From assembly GCA_041641295.1 (NCBI GenBank), contig JBEPYO010000001.1, positions 288,001 to 352,000 on the forward strand: a DNA stretch of 64,000 nucleotides, given 5' to 3'. The translations under genes were made by a program, and so were the position numbers. Every line of letters starts with the position of its first letter. Position 1 is the stretch's first letter. Source of the DNA: Nitrososphaerota archaeon (GTDB lineage Archaea; Thermoproteota; Nitrososphaeria_A; Caldarchaeales; Calditenuaceae). The notes under the pieces are model-generated. The model made no database searches. It saw only the letters and a list, made by a program, of their open reading frames with translations, and was not told the DNA's origin. Below, in pieces: positions 30,017-40,054 of this stretch.

Positions 30017-30687
30017 GCATATATGTCCGTGAAAGAGAGATTGTTACGCCAGGACAGCTACTGTCAGATGAGCCGCGCTCAGCAGGGGCCTATACATACG
30101 TTTACAACGGAAAAGTGTACGCAGCTGTCGCCGGAATCATACAGTTCAGGGACTCGAAAGTAAACATTCTACCGGCAAAGGCACCATATAAGCCGAGCGA
30201 GTCAGACACCATAGTAGGTATAATAACCGACTTAAAGCCGAGCCACTATGAAGTGGACTTGGGCTGGCACCTAGTAGGCTTCCTTCACACCGCGGGGAGG
30301 AGGGCGCGGACACGCCTCCAGATCGGCGACGTCATATACACCCGTGTCAAATACTCGGGGGTCAGGGGCGTGTTCCTAGAGGGGGGACGCGAGTTAGTGA
30401 AGATTGACCGAGGCCTCTTGATGCGTGTCAGCCCTGTCAAGATCCCCCGCATCATAGGCAAGAAAGGCAGCATGCTCCAAGTTTTGAGCAGCGAGTCAGG
30501 CTGCAGACTCTACGTTGGTAGGAACGGGCTAATAGCGATCGTTGGTGATAGTCCCGAGAAGGAGTTTGCCGTCGCCTCGGCAATCAAGATGATTGAGAGT
30601 GAGAGCCACCTCCCCGGCCTCACGGAGCGTGTCACGCACCATATAAGAAAGAAGATTATTGGTGGTGAGGTTGTTGGAGAAGGTTGA
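30013..30687 (+). CDS. rrp4: exosome RNA-binding subunit Rrp4
   Basis: IVTPG, S1-like segment, KH motif [14 protein letters not shown]. Confidence 0.92.
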   Translation: MSIYVREREIVTPGQLLSDEPRSAGAYTYVYNGKVYAAVAGIIQFRDSKVNILPAKAPYKPSESDTIVGIITDLKPSHYEVDLGWHLVGFLHTAGRRARTRLQIGDVIYTRVKYSGVRGVFLEGGRELVKIDRGLLMRVSPVKIPRIIGKKGSMLQVLSSESGCRLYVGRNGLIAIVGDSPEKEFAVASAIKMIESESHLPGLTERVTHHIRKKIIGGEVVGEG

Positions 30688-31411
30688 ACATAGACTAATC
30701 ACGGAGGATGGTAGGAGGATAGACGGCCGAGCATTAGACGAGATGAGGCCAGTCCGCATCGAGGCGGGAGTACTGGACAGGAGCGACGGCTCAGCCTACA
30801 TCGAGATGGGTAAGACCAAGATATACGCGGCCGTGTATGGACCGAAAGAAGCCCACCCGCGACACCTAGCACAACCACACAAGGCAATACTCAACTGCCG
30901 ATACCACATGGCCGCCTTCAGCGTTGAAGGTAGAAAAGCGCCGGGAATGACGAGGAGAGAGATAGAGCTGAGTAAAGTCATACGTGAGGCCTTGGAGAGT
31001 ATAGTGATTCTTGAGGAGTTCCCACGATCAGCGATCGACATATTCATAGAGGTTATACAGGCTGATGCAGGAACGAGGACCGCAGGCCTCACAGCCGCCT
31101 CACTAGCCTTGGCCGACGCAGGGATACCAATCCTCGACCTCTGCGCCGGGATAGCCGTAGGCAAGGTGGAGGGCAGGATTGTTTTGGACCCAAGTGAGGA
31201 GGAAGACAAGAAGGGTGAGGCGGATATGCCAGTGGCCATGGCTCCTCGGCTTGGATCGATAGTGCTACTACAGCTTAACGGAAGGATGACCAGCTCAGAG
31301 TTCATGGAGGCCTTAAACTTGGCCAAAAAAGGGATCGGGGTACTCTATGAGCTTCAGAGAAAGGCGTTAGGGAAGAAGTTTACAACCTTCACGCCGATTG
31401 GGGAGGAGTGA
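30671..31411 (+). CDS. rrp41: exosome exonuclease Rrp41
   Basis: [23 protein letters not shown], EEDKxGEADMP. Confidence 0.95.
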   Translation: MLEKVEHRLITEDGRRIDGRALDEMRPVRIEAGVLDRSDGSAYIEMGKTKIYAAVYGPKEAHPRHLAQPHKAILNCRYHMAAFSVEGRKAPGMTRREIELSKVIREALESIVILEEFPRSAIDIFIEVIQADAGTRTAGLTAASLALADAGIPILDLCAGIAVGKVEGRIVLDPSEEEDKKGEADMPVAMAPRLGSIVLLQLNGRMTSSEFMEALNLAKKGIGVLYELQRKALGKKFTTFTPIGEE

Positions 31412-31417
31412 TTAGAC

Positions 31418-32254
31418 ATGTATAGGATTGGTGAAAAACCCTACCCCACCAAGATAATGCATGACAAGCTATACGAGCTCATTATTAGGGGGGAGAGGCT
31501 GGATGGTCGAGGCCCATACCAGTACCGCCCACTCGAGCTCAAGACATCAATCATAGAGAAGGCTGACGGCTCCGCCATGGTAAACCTAGGCGGGACAAAG
31601 ATCATAGCAGGGGTGAAAACGGCCCTCGGTCAGCCTTACCCTGATACTCCAGACCAAGCCAACATAGTTGTCAACGCAGAGCTCCTCCCGCTCGCGTCAA
31701 GCTTCTTCGAGCCGGGGCCGCCGGATGAGAAGGCGATAGAGCTTGCACGCGTTGTTGACAGGTGTATTAGAGAGTCTAAGATGCTGGAGCTCGATAAGCT
31801 CGTCTACATACCGGGTAGAAGCGTTTTAGTGATATACATAGATGTGTACGTGCTCGACTATGATGGTAACTATTTCGACCCGTCAGTCCTAGCTAGTGTA
31901 GCGGCCTTGGCTACAGCCAAGATTCCACTGTACGAGGTCAAGAATGGCGATGTTGTCATGAATCCCGATATACGCACGAGCCTACCGATCCGGAAGTTCC
32001 CCGTCTCAGTAACCATAGGCTTGCTGGGGGATAAGATACTGGTTGATCCAACATCCCTCGAAGAGTCTGCCATCGACACGTCCATTGTCATTGGCTGGTC
32101 GGATGAGGATGAGATGGCTGCGATACAGAAGAACCTCCAAGGCTTTGTACAGATGAGTGTTATGGAAGAGATTATCCGAGTCTCGAGAGAGAAGTCTATA
32201 GAGCTGCGTACTAAGCTGATGGAGGCTATTGGCAGGGTCGGCGCACCGCTATAA
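31418..32254 (+). CDS. rrp42: exosome subunit Rrp42
   Basis: RLDGR, ADGSA, FEPGPPDE, ELARVVDR, DYDGN. Confidence 0.95.
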   Translation: MYRIGEKPYPTKIMHDKLYELIIRGERLDGRGPYQYRPLELKTSIIEKADGSAMVNLGGTKIIAGVKTALGQPYPDTPDQANIVVNAELLPLASSFFEPGPPDEKAIELARVVDRCIRESKMLELDKLVYIPGRSVLVIYIDVYVLDYDGNYFDPSVLASVAALATAKIPLYEVKNGDVVMNPDIRTSLPIRKFPVSVTIGLLGDKILVDPTSLEESAIDTSIVIGWSDEDEMAAIQKNLQGFVQMSVMEEIIRVSREKSIELRTKLMEAIGRVGAPL

Positions 32255-32320
32255 CTCCTCGCCCACCAGCTCAGCTGGGCGATGGATATATAATATGCCT
32301 CGGGTTGTTGAGTTGCAGAG

Positions 32321-32542
32321 ATGAGAGCAGGAGTAGGAGTAACTAAGAGATTTGGGGCGCGGTATGGAGCAAGGCTACGGAAAAAGGTTGAAGAGATAGA
32401 GCTAGAACAGCGGGCCATACACGTATGCGACAAGTGCGGGAGAAAAGCGGTGAGAAGGGTCTCGGTAGGCATCTGGGAGTGTAGAAAATGCGGTTACAAG
32501 TTTGCAGCTGGTGCCTGGTCGCCCAAACTGACGTCCAAGTAA
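32321..32542 (+). CDS. rpl37ae: 50S ribosomal protein L37ae (eL43)
   Basis: RFGARYG, CDKC...VGIWECRKC, AAGAW. Confidence 0.95.
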   Translation: MRAGVGVTKRFGARYGARLRKKVEEIELEQRAIHVCDKCGRKAVRRVSVGIWECRKCGYKFAAGAWSPKLTSK

Positions 32543-32585
32543 CATTTTAATCCATCTGAAGCTTCTCTCACATGGTGTAACAAGC

Positions 32586-32942
32586 TTGTCGAGCGGGCAG
32601 ATCCCACCCAACATTCAACAACAGATCGCTAGGCTGCAGCAGCTTCAGCAGACACTGAGCGTGATACTCGCAGAAAAGCAGAGACTACAGTCTGAGCTGG
32701 AGGAGATTAACCAGGCTCTGGAGGAGCTGGGTAAGAGTGCCGATAACGTAGCGGTGTATAAGGCGGTAGGCCCTATACTTGTCCAGACGACGAAGGAGAA
32801 GATCTTGAGCGAGCTATCAGAGAAGAGGGACTTAAACGACACTAGGCTGAAGGTGATAGAGAAGCAGGAGGCTAGGACGAGATCCCAGCTCGAGGCTCTC
32901 CAGAAGGAGCTACAGTCTATGCTCGGCCAGAGGCAGGAGTAG
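32586..32942 (+). CDS. pfdB: prefoldin beta subunit
   Basis: Coiled coils flanking VYKAVGPILV hairpin. Confidence 0.93.
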   Translation: MSSGQIPPNIQQQIARLQQLQQTLSVILAEKQRLQSELEEINQALEELGKSADNVAVYKAVGPILVQTTKEKILSELSEKRDLNDTRLKVIEKQEARTRSQLEALQKELQSMLGQRQE

Positions 32943-33013
32943 GGCATTTACAACAACGGCCTAGGTGCATTGTGGTAAAGTTATCAGGTCGCCGAGACAG
33001 TAATTGTTAGAAT

Positions 33014-34012
33014 ATGAGGGAGCCAGACCTTATATCCCAGATACTGGAGGCGCTCAAAGACCTGAGGGGGAAGGAAGTAGCAATACTTCTACACCTGGGA
33101 GGAGACCCAGACTCCCTTGCAAGCGCCTATGTCCTGTCCGGCCTCCTTACCTCTTGGTCAATCACCCTGAGGGGAATAGCGGTTCCAAATCACATTAGCG
33201 ACTATACGGAGAGGATGGCTGACATCATTGGGGTAGATTTAAGGAGTGACCTGCCAGAGGCCGGGGCCTACATCGCCATAGACGTCGGCTCACCCTCCCA
33301 GCTAGCCGAATTTTACGATAAGGTGGGCGAGGAGCTAATTGTGATAGATCACCACGAGAAGGGGGGCGAACAGTTCAAGGGGAGAGTTTTCTGCTCGACA
33401 AGATATCAGTCCACTAGCGAGATAGTTATTGAGCTGGCCGAGATGGCAGGCTACAGGCTGAACAGCTCCGAGGCTTCGGCCCTTTTCGCCGGCATTTACT
33501 TCGACACCGTCAGGCTAACGGTAGCCGACCCTGAAACACTCAGAAAAGTAGGGCTGCTCGGAGAGCTGGGCGCAAACCCTAGGACATTCATACAGAGGAT
33601 CGAGTCTCCCATAGATTATTCTGAGAGAGTGGCAAGGATTAAGGCAGTCAAGAGGGCGGAGTTCTACAGGTGTGGGGACGTGGTTATCGGTGTGACTCGC
33701 GTGAGCGCTTTTAAGCCTTCAGCCGCGCGCTCCCTCCTAGCTGTTGGATCACATATAGCGCTGGTTGGGGATGAGGTGGACGGTGAGGTTGAAGTAACTA
33801 TGCGGCAGGTTCCAGAGATTTTCGACCAGCTGAACCTAAACCTGGCCAAGGATGTTGTGGAGCCGATAGCGAAATCTCTCTCGGGTATCGGGGGCGGGCA
33901 TGCGGCCGCGGCCAAGCTACGCGTAAAGGGGAGCCTAGACCGTGTACTGGAGATCTGTGTGAACCACATATCCTACCTCCTCGGAGCTTCACCTACGAGG
34001 GTCGCCGATTGA
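33014..34012 (+). CDS. DHH family phosphoesterase
   Basis: HxxGDPD, IDHH, GIxxDT, GGGHxxAA. Confidence 0.9.
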   Translation: MREPDLISQILEALKDLRGKEVAILLHLGGDPDSLASAYVLSGLLTSWSITLRGIAVPNHISDYTERMADIIGVDLRSDLPEAGAYIAIDVGSPSQLAEFYDKVGEELIVIDHHEKGGEQFKGRVFCSTRYQSTSEIVIELAEMAGYRLNSSEASALFAGIYFDTVRLTVADPETLRKVGLLGELGANPRTFIQRIESPIDYSERVARIKAVKRAEFYRCGDVVIGVTRVSAFKPSAARSLLAVGSHIALVGDEVDGEVEVTMRQVPEIFDQLNLNLAKDVVEPIAKSLSGIGGGHAAAAKLRVKGSLDRVLEICVNHISYLLGASPTRVAD

Positions 34013-34851
34013 CTATGGCGATAGAGGTCTCAAACCTCTCATTCAGGTATGCGGGAGCCACGCAGTGGGCCCTCAGGAACATCTCCCTCTCAATAGAAGA
34101 AGGCGAGTTCGCAGTATTCACGGGTGCAACAGGATGTGGGAAGTCGACTCTATTCAAATGCCTCATCGGCCTCATTCCCCAGATGTATCCCGGCGAGTAT
34201 CTGGGCCGCGTAGTGGTTGATGGGCTTGACCCGGCCCAGACGCCTGTAAGTAGGATGGCTCAGAAGGTAGGCATGGTTTTCCAGAACCCGGATAACCAGC
34301 TCTTCGCCCTGACCGTGGAAAATGATGTGGCTTTTGCACTCGAGAATCTGGGTCTTGAGAGGGCAGAGATTGAGAGGAGAATCTCCAAAGCCTTCAAGAT
34401 GATGGGAATAGAGGACCTGAGAAAGCGCTCGCCATTCGAGCTTTCAGGCGGACAGAAGCAGAGGGTCGCAATCGCCTCCATACTCGCCCTCGAGCCGGAT
34501 ATACTAATCCTAGACGAGCCTACATCTTCTCTAGACGGCGCTACTGCGAAGAAGCTGCTAGAGGAGCTCGGAGAGATAAGAAGGAGGGAAGGGATAACCG
34601 TCCTGATCTCAGAACATCGACTCGACCTAGTTGTCAGGGAGGCGACGCGGCTGATAGTCATTGAGGAGGGGCAGATAGTGGCTGATGGCGAGCCGAGAGA
34701 GGTGGTCCACGACCTCTTGGAGGACGGTTACGAGAAGGTCGAACTCCCAAAGCTTTCTCGTCTAGCTTGGATGCTGGGCCTCCGCGGCGCGGACAGTATC
34801 CCTGTGACTAGGGAGGAGTTCGTTGAGAGATTTCTAGGGGTGGGAAAGTGA
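34009..34851 (+). CDS. ecfA: ECF transporter ATPase A
   Basis: GATGCGKST, FQNPDNQ, LSGGQKQR, LDEP. Confidence 0.9.
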   Translation: MTMAIEVSNLSFRYAGATQWALRNISLSIEEGEFAVFTGATGCGKSTLFKCLIGLIPQMYPGEYLGRVVVDGLDPAQTPVSRMAQKVGMVFQNPDNQLFALTVENDVAFALENLGLERAEIERRISKAFKMMGIEDLRKRSPFELSGGQKQRVAIASILALEPDILILDEPTSSLDGATAKKLLEELGEIRRREGITVLISEHRLDLVVREATRLIVIEEGQIVADGEPREVVHDLLEDGYEKVELPKLSRLAWMLGLRGADSIPVTREEFVERFLGVGK

Positions 34852-35702
34852 TTAGGATTGACTCGGTCTGGTACGAGTATCCATCAGGCACGGTAGCCCT
34901 GCGAAACGTCAATCTTGTCATTAACCGGGGCGAGATAGTCGCGTTCATGGGTGAGAATGGCGCGGGTAAGACAACCCTCCTCAAACATCTTAACGGTCTA
35001 CTTAAGCCGACCTCTGGAAAGGTCGAGGTGGACGGGGTAGACACTAGGACCTCAACGGTGGCTTCACTCTCTAGGCATGTCGGCCTCGTATTCCAAAACC
35101 CTGACAACATGTTCTTCTGCACGTCGGTGCTTGAGGAGGTTAGCTATGCTCTTACAAGGTTCGGCTACAGTAGGGAAGAAGTGAGGAGGAGGGCTGAGGA
35201 GGTCCTAAAGCTCTTTAATCTATGGCACTACAGAGATTCATCGCCCTTTACCCTCAGTGGCGGAGAAAAGAAGCGGCTTGCAATCTCGATAGTCGTGGCT
35301 TGGATGCCCAGCTACATAGTCATCGATGAGCCAACCACAGGTCTTGACGGGTGGGGGAAGCGGATGCTCATGGACCTCCTCCTCCACCTCAAAGATAGCG
35401 AGAGGGGCATAATCCTATCGAGCCACGATGTTGAGTTTATCTCAGAGATAGCGGCGAGGGTGGTGTTGCTCCGGCGTGGAGAGGTTATCGCAGACGGGCC
35501 GGCGGAGGACATTTTGACAGATACAGCACTTCTGGAGGAGGCTTCGCTCCTCACACCCCAGATCCCCTCCCTCTTATACGAGCTTAAGAGACGCGGCCTC
35601 AAAGACCTTAACCACAAGTGTCTCAGACTTGATGAGGCAGTCAGATACCTCTCAGCAATCCTTGGACGATCAGGGTCAAACTGGAGGGGCGATGTGGTCT
35701 GA
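34848..35702 (+). CDS. ecfA: ECF transporter ATPase A'
   Basis: GENGAGKTT, FQNPD, LSGGEKKR, IDEPT. Confidence 0.9.
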   Translation: MIRIDSVWYEYPSGTVALRNVNLVINRGEIVAFMGENGAGKTTLLKHLNGLLKPTSGKVEVDGVDTRTSTVASLSRHVGLVFQNPDNMFFCTSVLEEVSYALTRFGYSREEVRRRAEEVLKLFNLWHYRDSSPFTLSGGEKKRLAISIVVAWMPSYIVIDEPTTGLDGWGKRMLMDLLLHLKDSERGIILSSHDVEFISEIAARVVLLRRGEVIADGPAEDILTDTALLEEASLLTPQIPSLLYELKRRGLKDLNHKCLRLDEAVRYLSAILGRSGSNWRGDVV

Positions 35703-36487
35703 GTTTATCACTCCTTCAGGCACTCAAGTACAGGAGCCTAGATACGCCTATACACAGGCTTGACCCGCGGGTCAAACTGCTTGCATCCCTCTCCTTTCTA
35801 GTCACGGCGCTGTTGTTCGGCGAGTATTGGGGAGGAATGCTCACAGTCTCATCCACAATAATTCTCACCCAGCTAGTCCTCCTGAGGCTGGCAAGATCTG
35901 CCAGGTATATGCTCTCAACAATGCGCGGCGCAATACCCCTTGTCGCGTTAGTCTTTCTTCTAAGCCTACTAGGCGTGCTAGAGTCTGCGGTGGCGTATGG
36001 TGAGCTTCTTTACAGGGCTTCCGCATCGTCCATCAGGTTTCTAGCATTTTTAACGTCATTTAACATCTTCTTTCTCACAACATCACCGGACGAGTTTGGG
36101 CAACTCCTACTAAAGCTGCGAATACCATACGTATATTCCTTCACTTTTGTTGCGGCAGTCAGGCTAGCTCCAGTCATAGCAGATGAGGCGCAGGAGATAA
36201 TTGATGCTCAGCGGTCGCGTGGTGTTGAGTTCGAGAAGGGCAACCCGCTCAAGAGGCTGAGGGTGCTTGTGGGCTTGTTTGTCCCTTTGCTCATCAATTC
36301 GCTCCGCCGCGCATATGAGATGGCTGAGGCACTGGAGGTCAAGTGTTTCGGCGCTTCTGAGAGGAGGACAACCTACAAAGAAATTCGCGCCACCCGGAGA
36401 GATATTTTGGCGGCGATCGTTATACTTGCGGCCTTTACACTTGTTTTGACGGCTAAAAGCCTGAAGTTGTTCACCGGCCTCCCCTAG
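35699..36487 (+). CDS. ecfT: ECF transporter transmembrane T component (probable CTG start)
   Basis: In-frame extension LSLSLLQALKYRSLDTPIHRLDPRVKL (EcfT N-terminal motif); AQRSRG, AEALE. Confidence 0.88.
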   Translation: MSLSLLQALKYRSLDTPIHRLDPRVKLLASLSFLVTALLFGEYWGGMLTVSSTIILTQLVLLRLARSARYMLSTMRGAIPLVALVFLLSLLGVLESAVAYGELLYRASASSIRFLAFLTSFNIFFLTTSPDEFGQLLLKLRIPYVYSFTFVAAVRLAPVIADEAQEIIDAQRSRGVEFEKGNPLKRLRVLVGLFVPLLINSLRRAYEMAEALEVKCFGASERRTTYKEIRATRRDILAAIVILAAFTLVLTAKSLKLFTGLP

Positions 36488-37457
36488 ACGCTTCCTTTTG
36501 AGCCAATATCCACTCAATGTCCGAGAGTAGGGCCGAGACCGTGGACTCTCCTGCACCCCTACCGATCAGGGTTAGGTCACCAAGTATCTCCATCTTGAAT
36601 TGAATTGCGTTGAGGGATCCGTGGACGCAGAGAGGGTGGTTAAGCCTGACAAGCCGCGGGGCAACACTTAGCCTGCCCCCCTCTATACTCCCTACGAGCT
36701 TTATTGTCATTCCCAACTCTTTCGCAGCCAATATCGCGTCTGATGTTACCTGTGTTATCCCTTTTACCTTCACATCCTCCAGCCGCCTGTCTGCGCCTAG
36801 GAGGGCGTTGGCTAGGATGACAATTTTGCAGGCCGAGTCTATACCCTCGAGGTCGAGGCTTGGGTCTCTCTCTGCGAGCCCCATCATCTGTGCCTCCTGA
36901 AGGGCTAGGTCTAGTGGAAGCCCCTCGAAGTGCATCCTAGACAATATGTAGTTGGTGGTCCCGTTTAGTATTCCTTTAATCGAAAGTATCCTATCTCCCC
37001 GCAAAGAGTGCCTAGCTAAGGAAAATACGGGTATGCCGCCGCCCACAGTAGCCTCATAGCAGAGGAAGACGCCCATCGAGTCAGCCAGCGAGGTTAGCTC
37101 CCTAAACGCCACGACGAGAGGACCCTTATCAGCAGTCACCACATCCACCCCACTCTTAAGCGCCTCGCGAATATACGTCAGCCCAGGCTCACCATTATAC
37201 ACGTTCGTGGGAGTGAGGGTGACAAGTAAGTCGACCAGGCCACGCTCGAGTATCTCTAGAGGGTTTGACGCTCTGAAGCTGGTGTGGCCTGTTATATCTG
37301 CGGGCAGGTTATCGCTATCAAATCCTTTGGGATAGTATAGGTATCCTCTCGAGTTGGCGAGAGCCGTTATCGCCAGTCCGCGCATCTTATAGCGGGTCAG
37401 ATAACCCGCAAGCTTCTTACCTAGAAAGCCGTACCCTATTATCCCGCAGCGTATCAA
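36471..37457 (-). CDS. hom: homoserine dehydrogenase
   Basis: GYGFLG, VVTADKG, YEATVGGGIP, LNGTTNYIL, GRGAG. Confidence 0.94.
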   Translation of the reverse strand: MIRCGIIGYGFLGKKLAGYLTRYKMRGLAITALANSRGYLYYPKGFDSDNLPADITGHTSFRASNPLEILERGLVDLLVTLTPTNVYNGEPGLTYIREALKSGVDVVTADKGPLVVAFRELTSLADSMGVFLCYEATVGGGIPVFSLARHSLRGDRILSIKGILNGTTNYILSRMHFEGLPLDLALQEAQMMGLAERDPSLDLEGIDSACKIVILANALLGADRRLEDVKVKGITQVTSDAILAAKELGMTIKLVGSIEGGRLSVAPRLVRLNHPLCVHGSLNAIQFKMEILGDLTLIGRGAGESTVSALLSDIEWILAQKEASRGGR

Positions 37458-37921
37458 GCCTCCTCACTTACCAAGACGCAATTATTCTTCTCGGCCAGCT
37501 CCTCAAGGGCTTCGAGAACTCTCTCCCTATCCTCCGAGTTCACGCTGAACATAACCCTCATGTGAGGAGACCTACTGCCCCCACCAAACGCGAGACTTAT
37601 TATCTCGCCCCTCCCCTCGAAAACCTTCTCCAGCCTATCAACACTCAAGCTCCCTATAATAATGACAGTCTCAATCCTCCGTTCAAGGGACTCAGTCCCA
37701 AGAACAGGGATTCCAGCCTCCTCAATTCCAGCCCTGGCGCGCTCAAAGTGTTCACGGGATGGAAACTCAACCGATAGGCTCACGGGGACATAGCCTCCCG
37801 TCAGCTGCTCACGGTTGTGAACAATTGAGATGATGTTTCCTCCGTTCATTGCTATTTTTTCGAGTGCCTTGAGCAATGTCCCAGGCCTGTCGGTCAAGCC
37901 TAGTGTTAGCCTTATCCTCAT
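37454..37921 (-). CDS. ACT-domain protein (homoserine dehydrogenase regulatory partner)
   Basis: LTDRPGTL..GGNIISIVH; adjacent to hom. Confidence 0.85.
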   Translation of the reverse strand: MRIRLTLGLTDRPGTLLKALEKIAMNGGNIISIVHNREQLTGGYVPVSLSVEFPSREHFERARAGIEEAGIPVLGTESLERRIETVIIIGSLSVDRLEKVFEGRGEIISLAFGGGSRSPHMRVMFSVNSEDRERVLEALEELAEKNNCVLVSEEA

Positions 37922-37954
37922 CTCCCAGCTGGGCTTCTCTAGATGTGGGGCGAC

Positions 37955-38359
37955 TTAAGAGTTCTTCGCATCCCTTGAAAGCGTTCTAATAGGCCTCTGG
38001 GCCTTTGAGTTAAGCCGTATTATCTTCTCTGGTTTATACTGTGGAAGAGGTTTCCGCTCCAGCTCCGAAAGCTCAAACAGGCTGCCGGAAAGCATGTGGC
38101 TCAAAGAGCTGAAACGCTTCTGATACTTCCTCTCACTCGGCTTACCAAGGTATCCAATCTTCGCCAGCTCTTCTAGGAGGGAGGAGATGCTTCTTCTAGC
38201 CCGGCTATTCGATTTCAATTCTTCGGGTATGTATGGGTCCAGGTCGCCGAGCTTGAACGGGGAGTCGCCGATCGCATTTATCGCGGCTAGGATCTTAGCC
38301 ACATGCTCTTCCCTGAGATATCGTCGATTTTTACAGAGAAGTTTGAGGATGGGGTTCAA
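37955..38359 (-). CDS. hypothetical basic protein, possible winged helix
   Basis: 134-aa ORF; ISSLLEELAKIGYLGK..KY pattern. Confidence 0.6.
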   Translation of the reverse strand: MNPILKLLCKNRRYLREEHVAKILAAINAIGDSPFKLGDLDPYIPEELKSNSRARRSISSLLEELAKIGYLGKPSERKYQKRFSSLSHMLSGSLFELSELERKPLPQYKPEKIIRLNSKAQRPIRTLSRDAKNS

Positions 38360-38427
38360 GCTTCGGCGCCTCCAATCAAATGTGCCTCCAATATAAAAGA
38401 GGTTTCCAAGCGCGGTCCGCTAATCCA

Positions 38428-38904
38428 CTAACGAGACCCTCCACCCTTAAGCAGCGCAGAGAGCTCAGCGAGGGTCAAGGTCCTGATGACCCGCCCCGAG
38501 CGGCTTATGCCCGATTTATGGAGAGCATCCTCAAACCTTGTGAAGGGCACCTTCTCAAGACCCTCAGGGACCCCAGAGTGGACCCTAAGCCTACTTAAGG
38601 CCTCCCTACCCTTGGGCTTCTTCCTAGGCAGCATCCTAGCGATCGTATACCAGAGTATGCGCTCAGGTCTCCTCGGATACCAGACCTGCGGCTCCTCGAT
38701 GCTTGAATACCATGTCCGTCCAATCAGTTTGAGGTAGCGATCCAGAATAGCCTCCTTGGTGCCCGTCACCAAAACCTTCTCGGCGTTGACGACCACAACC
38801 CTTTTTCCTGAAAGAAGCAGTTTAGCCACCTTTGACGCGAGCCTCCCGAGACGGTGACCCGCCCCGTCTACTACCACAACATCCTCAGCAATTACGTGAG
38901 CCAT
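38428..38904 (-). CDS. rpl13: 50S ribosomal protein L13 (uL13)
   Basis: VVDG.GHRLGRLAS, VVNAEK, RMLPRK. Confidence 0.93.
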   Translation of the reverse strand: MAHVIAEDVVVVDGAGHRLGRLASKVAKLLLSGKRVVVVNAEKVLVTGTKEAILDRYLKLIGRTWYSSIEEPQVWYPRRPERILWYTIARMLPRKKPKGREALSRLRVHSGVPEGLEKVPFTRFEDALHKSGISRSGRVIRTLTLAELSALLKGGGSR

Positions 38905-38916
38905 ATTCTATCCACC

Positions 38917-39258
38917 TCACCCCACAATTATCAACCCTTTCCCATCACCGCCGCGATCAATGTACTCCTCTAAATAGTATGCCTCGCCCCCCGCATCCAA
39001 TATCTTCCGGTAAGCCGCGTCGGAGTAGTCGAACGCGACTACCTTCAGTGGCTTTTCCAAGACACCCACACCCAATAGCTTCCCGACGACTAGCACACCA
39101 CCACCAGCCGGCGCGACCCTATTTAGATGGTATATGTTGACGACCCTTCTCCTCCTTCTGGAAGACTCGAGGTGTTTTAAGACGGTCGCCCAGAACCTGC
39201 TCCTCTTCGCCAGCCGCCTCACCTTCGCCCTCAAGAGTTTATCCCTCTCCCCCGCCAC
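38917..39258 (-). CDS. rpl18e: 50S ribosomal protein L18e
   Basis: SRRRRRVVNI..LN, VVGKLLG.G, KI..AGG. Confidence 0.92.
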   Translation of the reverse strand: MAGERDKLLRAKVRRLAKRSRFWATVLKHLESSRRRRRVVNIYHLNRVAPAGGGVLVVGKLLGVGVLEKPLKVVAFDYSDAAYRKILDAGGEAYYLEEYIDRGGDGKGLIIVG

Positions 39259-39913
39259 TCCCTATCACCTTTTCCAGACTATCTCCAAGTTTAGTAACAC
39301 TCTCCTCAAATATCTTCACTGCCTCCAACAGTATCCTTCTCGGGGGGAGTTGGCCGAAAGACTCTACGTACAAGATCCTTTTTCCATCCTCCTCGTAGAG
39401 TGTCGCTATGCCAGGCTGCCACTTGGCATGCTTCCTGCCCTTCCCGAGCCGTACATAAAGTTCCAGCTCAACACTCTGTCCGGGCGCCAGTTTGACGATC
39501 TGAAAATCCCCGCTTATAGGCTTGACACTATCCGACCCACTTTCACGGACCAAGTCGGAGGAATACACCGTCAATACCTCACTCGTGGCTTCAGACCTCA
39601 GTGAGAACCTGACGCTACACTTGTCGCAGCCCAAATTGCTCCCACAATCGCACTCTTCGGGGAGAACATAATTGTCGAGGTCTGTCACAAACGGGATGAG
39701 TGAGATGCGATGAGTCAGGACCTCGTTTGTCAAGATGGAGGTATTCTCTATGACTAAGACCTCCTCAACAGCCATGGTGGGCACCTCGTTTAAGATAAGC
39801 CTTCTGATTGCATTGCCCATGCTGAGAGGTACGTCTACAAGCTCCAGACGAAGCCAGTTATCCCCCTCCCCAGCGATTCTGACCTGGTAGTGCACACCCA
39901 GACTAAACCCCAC
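39239..39913 (-). CDS. rpoD: RNA polymerase subunit D (Rpo3)
   Basis: NAIRR...EVPTMA, HRISLIP, CDC...CDKC Zn motif, HAKWQP. Confidence 0.94.
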   Translation of the reverse strand: MGFSLGVHYQVRIAGEGDNWLRLELVDVPLSMGNAIRRLILNEVPTMAVEEVLVIENTSILTNEVLTHRISLIPFVTDLDNYVLPEECDCGSNLGCDKCSVRFSLRSEATSEVLTVYSSDLVRESGSDSVKPISGDFQIVKLAPGQSVELELYVRLGKGRKHAKWQPGIATLYEEDGKRILYVESFGQLPPRRILLEAVKIFEESVTKLGDSLEKVIGSGGGEG

Positions 39914-40054
39914 CGTGAGCGCGTATTAAACTCTCCTACACAGCGAAAGGACCCCACAATAAATAGGTTTACAAAACCTCGACACCAACAACACCACACT
40001 GAAAATACTTCCACTTTTTCTAATGGTTAAATTCGGCGGCGAGTTTCTCGATTT

